This document shows positions 1 through 12,600 of a DNA stretch of 64,000 bases, in pieces; within the stretch, counting starts at the first letter, position 1; each line of letters opens with the position of its first letter. A program made the translations under genes and the position numbers. The notes below the pieces were generated by a model. That model saw only the letters and a program-made list of their open reading frames with translations, made no database searches and had not been told where the DNA came from. This DNA is from Styela clava (Eukaryota). Where the stretch lies: assembly GCF_964204865.1 (NCBI RefSeq), contig NC_135255.1, positions 992,001 through 1,056,000 of the forward strand. The letters are read 5' to 3'.

Positions 1-3000
1 ATCAAGTGTGATACATGCCTGAAATTTTTGAAAAAAGCAAAACAAGAGTTTGACAAGCAATACAAGCTTGAATAAAAAACGAAACAAATATGGTACAAGC
101 AAAGCAATTGTGAGACAATCAATCCAAGATTGATAGAATCAGGACTTGTGTGAGAACGTCGAAAATATGTGAAACATTGAGAACAGGCGTGGGACAACCG
201 TGATAAGTTTGAGACAAGCATTACAAAAAGTGGAATATCAGGACAAGTGTGGGAAAATCATGTCAAGCATGGGACAAACAGGACAAGGGTGAAATGAGAC
301 CGATAAGTGTTATTTGGGCAGGACAAATGTAGGACACCTAAGAAAACCTTGGAAACAATCAGGACAAATCGAGGTCGAGCAGAACAAGTTTGAGACAGGC
401 ATTACAAGTGGTGGACTATCAGAACAAGTGTGGGGAAAGCAGGACAGGTATGGGGCAAACATAAAATGTGGGATGCAAGCAAGACATCTGTGAAATAAGT
501 GGGATATTTCATTGAGTTTTAGAAACAATGTAGCAGAAGAACACGTAGAGAAAAGGGTGACACAAGCAAGTCGAGATTGATTCAATCAGGATATGTGTTA
601 AACAAATATAATATGTGTGGGTCAAGCAGAGAAAGTGTGACACAATCAATCCACGTTTGATACAATCGGGACGTGCGTTTAAGTTTAAGTGAGCCAAGCC
701 TGACAAGTTTAAGATAAGCAGGCAGGACAATTAAAGAACAACAGAGACAATCCTGAAAAAATCAGAACAAATCTGGGACACGCAGGTCGAGTTTGAGACA
801 ATCATTACAAGTGGTGAACTAATCAGAACAAATCTGGGACACGCAGGTGAAGTTTGAGAAAAGCATTACAAGTGGTGAACTAATAAAACAAGTGTGCAAG
901 CAAGACAAGTGTGATACAAGCATGACATGAAATAGGCAAGACAATTATATAACAAGCAATACAAGCGTAAAAAAAAAACAAATGTGGGACAAGCAGAGCA
1001 AGTGTGGCACAAACAAACCAAGTTTGATACAATCGGGACGTGCTTGAGATCGCCGGAAAAGTATGGGACAAGCAGGATAGGTGTGGAACGATCGCGACAC
1101 GTATGAGACATGCATTATAAGTGGCTGAATATCAGGACAAGTGGTCGAGAAGTTAGCCAAAAAATGGGACAAACAGAACATGTGTGGTGCGAGGAATACA
1201 TGGGTGAGACAAGCAGGACAAGTGTGAGCTAAGCCTGACAAGTTCAAGATAAGCAGGACAAATATAGGACAACAGAGACAACCCTGAAAAAGCAGGACAA
1301 ATATGGGACACGCAGGTCGTTTGAAATAGGCATTACGAGTGGTGAACTATTGAGACAAGTGTGGGAAAAGCAGGGCAAGTATGGAACAAACTGGAAATGT
1401 GTGTTGCAAACAAGACAACTATGAGACAAGCAAGGCGAATTTGATCCAATCAGGACATGTGTGACAAGCGTGCAACAAATAGAATAAGTGTGGGACAAAG
1501 GGGCATATTTTAGACAAGCATTGCAAGTATGATACTATCAGGACAAGTGTGAGAAAAGTAGGACAAGTATAAAACAATTAGGCACAGTGGGGTGCAAACA
1601 GGACCCGTGTGAGACAACCAGGACAAGTGTGATACAAGCACGAAATGTTTGAAATAAGCAAAACAAGTATATGACAGGCAATATAAGCGTGAAAAAATTT
1701 GGGACAAGCAGAGAACGTGTGAGACATTCAATTCATGTTTGATACAATCAGAACGAGTGTGAACGCCGGAAAAGTGTGAGACAATCAGAACAGGTGTGGG
1801 ACAATCTGGACAAGTTTGAGACAAGCATTACAAGATGTGGAATAAGGACAAGTGTGGGAAAAACAGGTCAAGTATGAGGCAAACACGACATGTGTGATGC
1901 AATCAATACATGCATGAGACAAGCGGGACAATTTTGAGCTAAGCCTAAAAAGTGTGAGTTGAGCAGGACAATGGTGGACAACTATGACAACTCGGTTACA
2001 AGCAGGACAAATGTGGGCTAAGAAGGACAAGTTTGAGAAATGCATTACAAGTGGTGAACTATCAGGACAAGTGTGGAAAAAGCAGAACAAGTATGGGACA
2101 AACAGAAAATGTTTGATGCAAGCAAGACATCTGTGAGACAAGCAGGAAAAGTTTGATATTTTCATTGGGTTATAAGAACAATGTAGCAGAGGAACAAGCA
2201 GAGAAAAGGTGAGACAATCAAGGCGAGTTAGATTCAATCAGGCCACGTGTTAAACAAGCATGGAAAGTGAGACCCAAATAGTGTGGAAAAAGCTGGTATG
2301 TTTGAGACATGCATTACTAGAGTGATACTATCAGGAAAATAAAACAAACAGGCACAGTAGTGAGGTGCAAACAGGACCAGTGTGAAAAAGCAAGACAAGT
2401 GTGAGACAATCAATGCAAGTTTGATACAATCAGTATATTATGAACAGTACATGTGTGATGCAAGCAAAATATCTGTAAGACAAGCAGGACAAGTTTGATG
2501 TTTTTTTTTCGGGTTTTGAGAACAATGTAGAAGAAGAACAAGCTAAAAAAGGTGAGACAAGCAAGACGAGTTTATTTCAATCAAGGCATGTGCTAAACAA
2601 GATCAACCGGACACAAATAGAATAGGTGTGGAAGAAGTGGGCACATATGTGAAAATATCAGGACAAGTGTGAGAAATGTGGGACAAGTATAAGACGAACA
2701 GGCACAGTGAGGTGCGAACAGGAACAGTGTTAGACCAGCAAAACAAGTGTGATACAAGCATGACATGTTTGAAATAGCAGGACCAGTATATTACAAGTGT
2801 GAAAGACATGAAACAAATGTGGGACAAGCACAGCAAGTGTGAAAGAGGTAATTAACAGTTAAATAATTAAGCGGTGTAATATCAGGACAAGTGTGGGAAA
2901 AGTAAATCAAGTATAGGACAAACAGGACATGTGTGATGCAAGCTATATATGTATGAGAGAATCAGAACAAGTGTGGGCTGAGCCTGACAAGTGTTAGGTA

Positions 3001-5538
3001 CTAGTGACACAAGCATGGCAAGTATATGGCAAGCGTGAAAGAAATGAAACAAATGTGGGACAAGCAGAGCAAGTGTGAAACAGTCAATTCAAGTTTGATA
3101 CAATCAGGACTTGTGTGAGAACGCCGGAAATATGTGAGACAATCAGAACAAGTGTAGCCTGAGCCTGACAAGTGTTAGGTACTAGTGATACAAGCATGAC
3201 ATCCTTGAAATAGCAGGACCAGTATATTACAAGCGTGAAAAAAAATGAAACAAATGTGGGACAAGCAGAGCAAGTGTGAAACAGTCAATCCAAGTTTGAT
3301 ACAATCAGGACTTGTGGGAGAACGCCGGAAATATGTGAGACAATCAGAACAGGTGTGGGACAAGTTTGAGACAAGCATTATAAGTGGTGGAATATCAGAC
3401 AAGTGTGGAAAAATCAGGTCAAATATGGGGCAAACAAGACATGTGTGATGCAAGTAATACATGTGTGAGACAACCAGGACAAGTATGAGATGAGACCCGA
3501 TAAGTGTTATTTAGGTAGGACAACTAAGAAAACCCTGATACAGGAAAGAAAAATGTGTGTCGAGCAGGTGGTCGAGCTTGCTTGTCCCACACCTGGTTGA
3601 GACAAGCATTGCAAGTGTAATACTATCAGGACAAGTGTGAGAAAACTAGGACATGCAAAGAGGAACAGTGTGAGACAAGCAAGACATGTTTGAAATAGGC
3701 AAGAAAAGTAAAATGACAAGCAATACGAGCGTGAAAAAACGAAACAAATGTGGGACCAGCAGCATCTTGAGACAATCAATCCAAGTTTGATACAATCAGA
3801 ACGTGTGTGAGACAAGAGAAGCAGTTGTGGGACGAGCAGGGCAATTCAGAGACAAGCATTACAAGGGGCGGAATATCAGGACAAGTGGAGGAAAAGCAAT
3901 TAATAGGACAAACAGGACATGTGTTATGCAGGCAATAAGACAAATAGTCACACCGGAATGCGAACAGGAACAGTGTAAGACAAGTGTGATTCAAGCATGT
4001 TAGAAATACGAAAGTCAAGTATATGACAAGCAATACAAGCGTGAAAAAACAAAACAAGTGTGGGGCCAGCAGAGAAATCTTGAGACAATCAATCTAAGTT
4101 TCATACAATCAGGACGTACGTGAGAACGCCGGAAAAATGTGGGACACGCAAAACAGGTGTGGGACAAGCATTACAAGTGGTGGAATATCAGGACAAGTGT
4201 GGAAGAGCAATTCAAAAATGGGACAAACAGGATATGTGTACTGCAAGGAATACATGTGTGATACAAGCACGACAAGTGTGAGTTAAGCCTGGCAAGTTTA
4301 AGATAAGTAGGACAAATGTAGAAAAACAGAGACCTCTAAACAAGCAGGACAAATGTGGGACACGCTAGACAAGTTCAAGACAAGCATTACAAGTGTGAAA
4401 AAGTAGGACAAGTATAAGACAAACAGACACCGACAGACAGAGTGGAGTACAAACAGGGCCAGCATGAAACAAGCAAGAGAAGTGTGATACAAGCATGACA
4501 TGTTTGAAATAAGCAAACAAAGTAAATGACAGGCAATACATGCGTGAAAAACGTACAAATGTGGGACTAACAGAGAAATCTTGTTACAATCAATTCAAGT
4601 TTGATACAATCAGGACGTGCGTGAGAACGTCGGAAAAGCCTGACAAGTGTTAGATAAGCGAAAATTATATAGGACAAATAGAAAAACCTGATACAAGTAG
4701 GGAAAATGTGGGATAATCAATCCAAGTTTGATACAAGCGTTATAAGTGGTGGACTATCGGGACTAGTGTGGTATAAGCATGGCAAGTATCGGACAAACGG
4801 GACATGTGTGATGATGTAAACCATTTTTGGGACCTGCCGGACAAGTGGTATTTTTCATTGGGTTTTAGCAGATGGGCAAAAAGAGAAAGTGTGAGACTAG
4901 CATGGCGAGTTTGATACAATCATGACATGTGTGTGAAATAAGCCTGGCAAGTATGAAAAAAGCATAATAAGTGCGGGGAAACTCCCACGTTCTAAGCATT
5001 ACAATTGTGGGACTACCAGGACAAATGTGGGAAGAGTTGGACAAGTATAGGACAAATAAGACAAATGGGTTGCAAACTGGACTAGAGTGAGACAAGCAAG
5101 GCAAGTTGAATCATTCAGAAGTGCGTGGCGCAAGCAGGATAAATGCCGGACAAGTTGAGACAGGCATTACACGTGGTGGAATATCAGGAAAAGTGTGTCA
5201 AACGCAGGACAAGTATGATACACACGGGACCTGCGTGATGCAAGCAAGCCACCTGTGGGACAAGCACTACAAGGGTGATATTTTGATTGGGTTTTAAAAT
5301 AATGTAGCAGACGGACTAGCAGAGAAATTGTGAGGCGAGCAAGGCGAGTTTAAGTCGATGAAGACATGTGTTAAGCAAGTCTGACAAGTGTGAGACAAAT
5401 AGAATAATTGTGCGACAAGCGGGCGTGTTTCAGACAAGCATTACAGGTGTGATACTATCAGGACAAGTGTGAGAAAATTAGAACAAGTATGAGACAATTA
5501 GGCACAGTGGGGTGCAAACGGGACCCGTGTGAGACAAC
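1..5538. repeat. Degenerate satellite built on ~10/20-bp units (consensus ~GGACAAGTGTGAGACAAGCA) with longer recurring modules; runs off the left edge of the window
   Basis: Very many GACAAG, TGTGGGA and GAGACAAGCA motifs with strong purine/pyrimidine strand asymmetry. Longer blocks recur (e.g. aatccaagtttgatacaatcaggac, gacaagcattacaagtggtggaatatcagg). Local ~181-bp duplication at ~2978 and ~3159. Confidence 0.9.
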
Positions 5539-7913
5539 TGTGGCGACCCTTGTTTTATCTGTTAAATGATGTCATGTGATGTTGTTTCCATATTTGGTGT
5601 TTTGGCATTGGGGACCCTGGGGAGCACTGTGGCACTGTCGATCTATTCTTCTGGGTGTCGATTTGTTCTCTGGTCTCTGTCGGGTTGTCGGGGATGTTTG
5701 TTTGTGGTTTTGTGACTGCGGTGCTTCCTGGTACTTGTCGCTTTATTTCCTATTTTACATGAACTAATGGATGGCATGTCAAGGCTTTGGTCAATAACGT
5801 GCCTGTTTTGTTTTTGATTGATACCGGTGCGGGTATCTCGCTCATTGTTAACGCTGTTTACTCGACGTTGCAGAAAAATTAGGACATTCCAGAACTGTAT
5901 CATTTTCCAGTACCACTCCATACTACCAGTGTCGAGTCATTAGTGTCTCATGGTGCACTTGATGTTAACCTGACGATTGAAAGCTAGTCTGTGGAGCATA
6001 CCTTTGTCGACGCCGATCTAGGGTCATGGATGGGCATGCTGCGTATGGACTATCTGGCAAATGGGACTGTGTTCTGTATCCCTCGTCGGGTCGTTTTGTT
6101 TTTGTGGGACGGGATGTTATTGTGCAGCACCAGACGTCGGTTCCCTGCTGTCGTGTGACTGTAGATGACGGTATGGGTATACCGGCCCGCTCGGGAGTTG
6201 TTGTACTCGTTCAGCTACAGCAGCCTTGGCCGTCTGGAGACTTGACATAGAAGCCGTTATTGAGTCAGTGGAGATGTGCAGCATCAATTTGGTCGCTTCG
6301 ATGACGTTGGTGGACCTAATCCAGAAAGACAAACTTTACGCATGTCTAAGCGTGAACATGCCCACCCTGCATATTTTAAAGACTTTGTGGAAATATTTTG
6401 TTTTGACCACTGCTTCTTTTGTTGTTCAAATTTTTCTGAGGAAGATGAAAACATTCTTTCATAATGTTCAATCTAGAAGAGAGGGGTAATGTGACGACCC
6501 TTGTTTTATCTGTTAAATGATGTCATGTGATGTTGTTTCCATATTTGGTGTTTCGGCATTAGGGACACTGGGAGGCGCTATGCCCCTGTCGATCTGTTCT
6601 TCGGGGTGTGGCTGTTAGCGAGTGCTGTGGTTGGCAGGGTGCAGTTCTCTGAGTGTGGTTGGTTTTCGGATGGATTCTGGTCATGAGTGTCTGTGGGAGT
6701 GCCTCTGGTCTCCGGTGGGTTGTCGGGGATGTTAGTTTGTGGTTTTGTGACTGCGGGATGGGGATTTGTTGGATGTTTTTGTGCTAGACAGTAGACTGAT
6801 ATTATTGTTTCAGTACAGTGCCAGTGCAGTTATTTTAGCGTTGTATTTTTGATTGTTGTCAGGGAATTAGCTATCATCAGTACTGTTCAAAGTGTTTTTA
6901 TTGTGTATATTCTGTTTTCTTGCATTGTGCTGCCTGGTACTTGTCGCTTTATTGTATGTGTGACGACCCTTGTTTCATCTTTTAAATGATGTCATGTGAT
7001 AATATTGCTATATTTTGTATTTTTAACACTGAAGACCCTGAGAGCGCTGTGACACTGTCGATCTGTTTTTTGGTATCCTGTTAGCGTATGCTGTGGTTTG
7101 CAGCAGTGATTGTTTCAGTTAGATTTTGAGTGTTTAAGGGTATTCTATATCTGTAAAAGTGCCTCTAAGTCTCAAGTAGGTTATCAAAGATGTTTTCTCA
7201 TGGTTTTATGACTATTAGATTGGGATTGTCAGATATTTTGATGCTAGACAGTAGGATGATATTGTTTTAGTACCCGTACAGTGCAATTACAGTTGTTTTG
7301 ACGTTGTATTTTTAGTTTATTCATGAAATTGGCTATCAACAGTGCTGTTCAAATCTTGTGCACCTGTGGAATTGTTTGTGGTTTTTTTAAAGTGCCCGTC
7401 ATGGGTTATTCAGATTCTCAGCCTATTTTTCAAATTGTAAGTAGCTGGTTTAGTGTACCGGATTATAGGGGTTATTTTGGCTGCTATTGAAAGTTGTCTT
7501 TGATTTCAGGGTCCGTCTTTAATTTTATTGTTTTCTCATATTGTACTGCCTGGTATTTGTTATTTTTATTGTATGCTTTTCGTTTCATTGATTTCATTGG
7601 AGTATTTGGTTGTATTAAGATTGTAATTAATAAATAGAACAAAATAGTATAAATTGAAGTGAATATTGGGAGGAAACTTGACGTCAGATCATATTGGAAG
7701 ATATTCTGAACTTGGATAATTATTACATAGACTGCCGGTACGCTACATATGCTTGTCGTTTTGTTTGGAATATTCGGTTGTGTTGAGATTGTTAATTAAT
7801 AAATATAAAATACTATGAATTGAAGTGAATATTGAGAGGAAACTTGACGTCAGATCATATTGGAAGATATTCTTAACTTGGATAAATATTACATAGACTG
7901 CCGGTACGCTCCA
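5539..7913 (+). mobile_element. Internally deleted Gypsy LTR retrotransposon inserted in the satellite (truncated 5' LTR from 5539; 3' LTR 6490-7913)
   Basis: TG...CA ends with 4-bp TSD CAAC (5535-5538 / 7914-7917). LTR head tgtg(g/a)cgacccttgtt is repeated at 5539 and 6490. Polypurine tract agaagagagggg lies just before 6490. Protease remnant VLFLIDTGAGISLI at ~5800-5850 and pol C-terminal-like remnant RMSKREHAHPAYFKDFV. Confidence 0.85.
6959..7747 (+). mobile_element. Solo LTR of the same family nested inside the 3' LTR
   Basis: tgtgacgacc...ggtacgctaca, flanked by 4-bp TSD TATG (6955-6958 / 7748-7751). The uninterrupted junction (attgtatgcttttcg) is present inside this LTR itself. Confidence 0.85.
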
Positions 7914-8190
7914 CAACCAAAACTAGTGTGATACAAGCATGAAATGTTTGAAATAGGCAAATAAAAGTATATGACAGACAATACAAGCGTTAAAAAACGA
8001 AAAAATGTGGAGATATCAGGACAAGTTGGAGGAAAGCAAGTCAAAAATGAGACAAACAGGACATATTATGCAAAGAATACATGTGTGAGACAAGCAGGAC
8101 GTGTGAGCAAGCTTGATTTGTGTTAGGTAAGCAAAACGTGAGACAACTCTTATAAATCAGGACAAGTTTGAGTGTGAGACAAGCAGGATA
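7914..8190. repeat. Continuation of the GACAAG satellite after the LTR-element insertion
   Basis: The same motifs resume in register after the CAAC target-site duplication. Confidence 0.85.
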
Positions 8191-9604
8191 TCGTGGTTTC
8201 CCTAACAATAATTTATCAAGTTAATTTTAAGTTTATATAAACCCGAGTGATTAGGATTTATTATAAATACAAGAATTTCTTATTGTGTCCTTTGGGTTAC
8301 ACCACCTTGCACAAAATTAGCTTGCTCCTTATTAAGTTAATTTCGCTCCCAGTTTCGACCGTTCAATACGATGAGATTCAACGGGAGTTTGCAGAATAGC
8401 GTGGGGGTTTGGCAGGCGCGCAAAAGTTAAATACCACTGATTTAGTTGTTAGGTAAAGCTGCCAGGCTGCGAAAATATGGAGCGCGCGAATGATTTGGTG
8501 ATCTAATAAGGACTTTGTTGGAACGAGCCGTCATCCGAATATCAATTTTAGATTCAGTAATAATTGCGACTCATAATAACGCAATGACTAATTTGTCTTG
8601 GTTTTTAAATTGGTAATTACATTCCATTATTTATCGTTACCGTCTGCTTGCAGCAAAGAGTAAGCTATATTGCCGCAATAGTTTTCTCCTTTGCAAATTC
8701 CGTGTGTCAAATAGATACAAATCATGGAAATACAAACCAGGCAATAATTCCAACTATCTGTAGTAAAATAGATGCTTTTTAGTCGAAATTGTGATGACTT
8801 GCTTATGATATATTACTATTGAAGAACCTAACAATAGTGAAGGTATTTTCCAAAGTCGGTACTAAAGGCCTGCCCAACCTTTTTCTTCTCGCGGGCCACT
8901 TTCAAGTGACGAAATTCGTTGTGGGCCGCAAACGTTTGTACCAAACATTAATACCAGCTAAGTCCTGATTTCGGTGTAGGTTATTTACATAATAAATAAA
9001 AGGCAAGTTTATTAACATCAAATCAATCACTTTAATTACTGTTTTCTGGTTACTGAGTGGGGCTGACAAATTATTCGAATATCTAGTCGAATATTAGAAT
9101 AGCAGTTTACAATTCGAATACCTGGTAACACGAGGCGTGGACAATGTTCAAATGAGCATAATGTGCGCCACTGTTGCGGGAATATCAAGTTTAAGTGGGC
9201 CGTTTCGTAAAATTTGAAATACCAATACAAATATTCAATGAAGCAACATTACAAAGATTTCTGGGCGAATAGCCTATATATACTGATTTGTGACCAATAT
9301 GCAGCAATGCCATTAAGCCAATTTTTTTAAAATTATTGACGGATACGCAGCGCCAGTTATATAATAACGAGTGTTTGTCCTTTATTGTGTGATAATAAGT
9401 GTTTGTACTGCCGACGCATCTGAAGCGTCGACTGATTATGATATGCCTCGCTGATTTCGTTTTCCTCGTATTATTTCTCTCGCGCAATTGCGCGTGGTAT
9501 CGTGGATAATAAATTCATTCCTGTCTTGGATTTCATACAAGACGCTGCTTGTTTTTCTGTGTAGGTCTTTGGCGTTGTAAGATAATTACGACCTATTACT
9601 GGCG

Positions 9605-9616
9605 TGGTGGCAGCGG
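9605..9616 (+). promoter_or_regulatory. Primer-binding site TGGTGGCAGCGG complementary to the 3' end of tRNA-Leu
   Basis: Directly abuts the 5' LTR end and is the reverse complement of the ...ccgctgcca-CCA acceptor end of eukaryotic tRNA-Leu(AAG/TAG). Confidence 0.8.
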
Positions 9617-9659
9617 AGACGAACTCTAAGGCTGTATATCTCCTATACTGAGGTCAACA

Positions 9660-12600
9660 ATGGCAGCTGTTAAAGCACCAAAGCAGTGGCCTCTGAAGAA
9701 ATGTGAGTCAATCACTTCCTTCGAAACATGGAGACAAAATCTGCTATACACTTTAGCCCTGGACAATAACTTTACGCCTTTTCTTGCCCCTGACGTCCAA
9801 TGGGAGAAACAAACCAAAGCTAACCCACTGAGAGGTCTGACCGATGATGGAGAGGCAGCAGCTGAAGACCGCAGAAAGTCGGCAATTCAAAAAAAAACGC
9901 CACTTTAGAGTTGATGCTCGGACAAATAGCAAATTATTGTACGATTATGTCTCGCAACACCATCGTCAATAATTCCACATCTTTGAACTGTATTTGGCAA
10001 GCGCTCCGCATGCATTATGGGTTTCATACTACCGGCGCCCATCTCCTGGAGTTAACCAATATCAAACTTGAAGATGGGGAAAGAGCAGAAGACCTTTACC
10101 AACGCCTAATGTCTTTTTTTGAAGACAACCTCGCTGCCACAAATAGCTCAATTACTCATCACGGCTCTGTGCCAACGGAAGACGAAGACTTAATTGGAAA
10201 ATACAATCGTTTATTTCTGGTTGTCTTTGTTGCACCAGGATTTACCAATGCTCGTTAAGCAACGTTATGGAACTGAGCTGCGTTCTCGCACACTAGCTTC
10301 TATCAAACCTGAAATTTCAGGAGCGCTCGAGTCACTATTAAACGAGCTGACCTCCATGGAATATGCCAAAGTGTGTAGATCTCTTCACTCTCAAAAGTTG
10401 AATTCAAAGAAGGATAGTTCCAGCCGCCGCAACATTAACATACGTCAATCATGCCCTCTGTGCAAGGAAGGGGGTCGACCGTTCAAGCATTACCTGAGCC
10501 GCTGCCCTTTCCTTCCTGACAACGATAAACAATTCATGGCTAAAGCACGTATGATCAGTACGGATCAGGATGACATGGATCCTTTGGTGGACATAAGTTC
10601 AGCATCTTCTGACTGTCCTGAGGTAAATTCTAACTCTAGTCATTATATTTACCGCTCACGACGTGTTAACATATGTCATTGCCCTCACCTGGTCTTGTAC
10701 TGTAAAGGAAAACCCATCCGTGTCGTGCTTGACACTGGTGCTGAGTGTAATATGATATCTCTATCCCTTGCTAGTCTTTTGGGCGCCAAAATATCTAAGT
10801 GCTCTCAAAGAGCTCTACAGGCTGACGGATCATCATTTTTAAATGTACTTGGAGAAACAGCTATTACCCTATCACTTGATGCTGTTTCTATGCCTTTTAA
10901 AGCACTGGTAGTTCAACATTTAGATTCCGACATTTTGGCTGGCACCCCGTTTATGGTCGAGAACGATATCATTTTGCGATCTGCAAAGCATACCATCAGT
11001 ATTCGCAACCTTCCTCCACTCCCATATGATGATAAACGTCTCAATAGTGAGGCTAGTCACCCGCCTCATATTATTAGACACTACAGCAAGTCACGCGTCC
11101 TTTGGCCTGGCGAAACTATGACAGTTCCCTTACCAAATCACTTGCTTGATGTTGACGAGGTGGCTGTCGAGCCTCGCACCGATTGTCAGTCCGTTACCAC
11201 TGAAAAATGGTTAACGCCTTGCATTGCTCCCCGCCATAACGATTACATCCTTATTCAAAATTCACCATGCGAACCTGCACGTATTGACAAGCATCAACAA
11301 TTCGCCCAACTTTTACCTGTTATATCTCAACAATCCATTACCCAGTCTACCAACCATAATTCCTTCGTTCGACCATCCCCTCCGTTTGCAACCAACATAA
11401 AAGTCGATCCTGAACATATCCTGCCCTCAGACATTGTCGCAAAATTTCAACACTTACACCAAAGGTTTGATAGCGTGTTTAACCCGAGCCCTCCCGGTTA
11501 CAATGGAGCTGTTGGTCCCTTCAAAGCTGTGGTTAATATGGGACCTACCCAGCCCCCTCAACGGAAAGGTAGAATACCTCAATATTCGCGTGATAAATTG
11601 GTTGAGTTACAGCAAAAGTTTGATGAACTTGAGGCATTGGGTGTTTTCCAAAAACCAGAATGCGTTGGGGTCACTGTGGAATATTTAAACCCCTCCTTCT
11701 TAGTCAAGAAAGCCTCGGGGGGTTATCGTCTAGTCACTGCATTCGCAGACGTTGGGAGATACTCAAAACCACAACCTTCCCTTTTACCTGATGTTGACTC
11801 TACTCTGCGCAAAATTGCATGTTGGAAATACATAGTCGTGTCGGATCTCACAAGTGCCTTCTATCAAATCCCACTTGAAAAGAAGTCTATGAAATATTGT
11901 GGTGTGGTAACACCATTTCGTGGTACCCGGGTATATACCAGATCTGCTATGGGAATGTCTGGATCTGAAACTGCTTTGGAAGAGCTTATGTGCCGGGTTT
12001 TAGGTGACCTATTACAGGCTGGTATCGTAACTAAAATAGCAGACGATTTATACTGTGGGGGAAATACTCCTGAGGAATTGCTCCGTAACTGGAGTAGTGT
12101 GCTTTCTGCCTTATCAAAATGTGGTTTATGTTTATCTGCTTCAAAACTATTATAGCCCCCAAGTCAACCACCTATTTGGTTGGATATGGTCAGAAGGCAT
12201 AATTAAAGCATCCCCACATCGTATTGCCACATTATCCACATGCGACCCACCTAAAACTGTAGCAGCTATGCGGTCCTTTTTTGGAGCTTACCGTGTTCTT
12301 TCTAGAGTCATACCCAAATGTGCAAATTTTTTGTGTGACCTACAAAAAGTCACTGATAACCGTGCTTCCCAAGAAACTATTTTGTGGAATGATGAGCTAC
12401 TTCAACAAAGTTTTCACTCTGCCCAATCTCATTTATCTAGCAACAAGTCTATAACGTTACCAAGACCCAGTGATTTATTGTGGCTAGTTACTGATGGTTC
12501 AGTTTCACATCCGGGTTTAGGAGCCATACTGTATATTACACGTGAGGGCGAGACACACCTTGCTGGTTTTTTTAGCGCTAAACTTAAGTCTCGCTTCACT

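Noticed and set aside
310-5297. Many Cys/His-rich ORFs (SHTCPACL...) resembling zinc-finger or metallothionein-like proteins
   Set aside because: They are translations of the satellite's stop-poor minus strand, overlap in all three frames, and show no consistent C2H2 spacing or splice structure.
1-5538. Possible CRISPR-like repeat-spacer array
   Set aside because: Eukaryotic context, no invariant repeat with unique spacers, and no cas genes.
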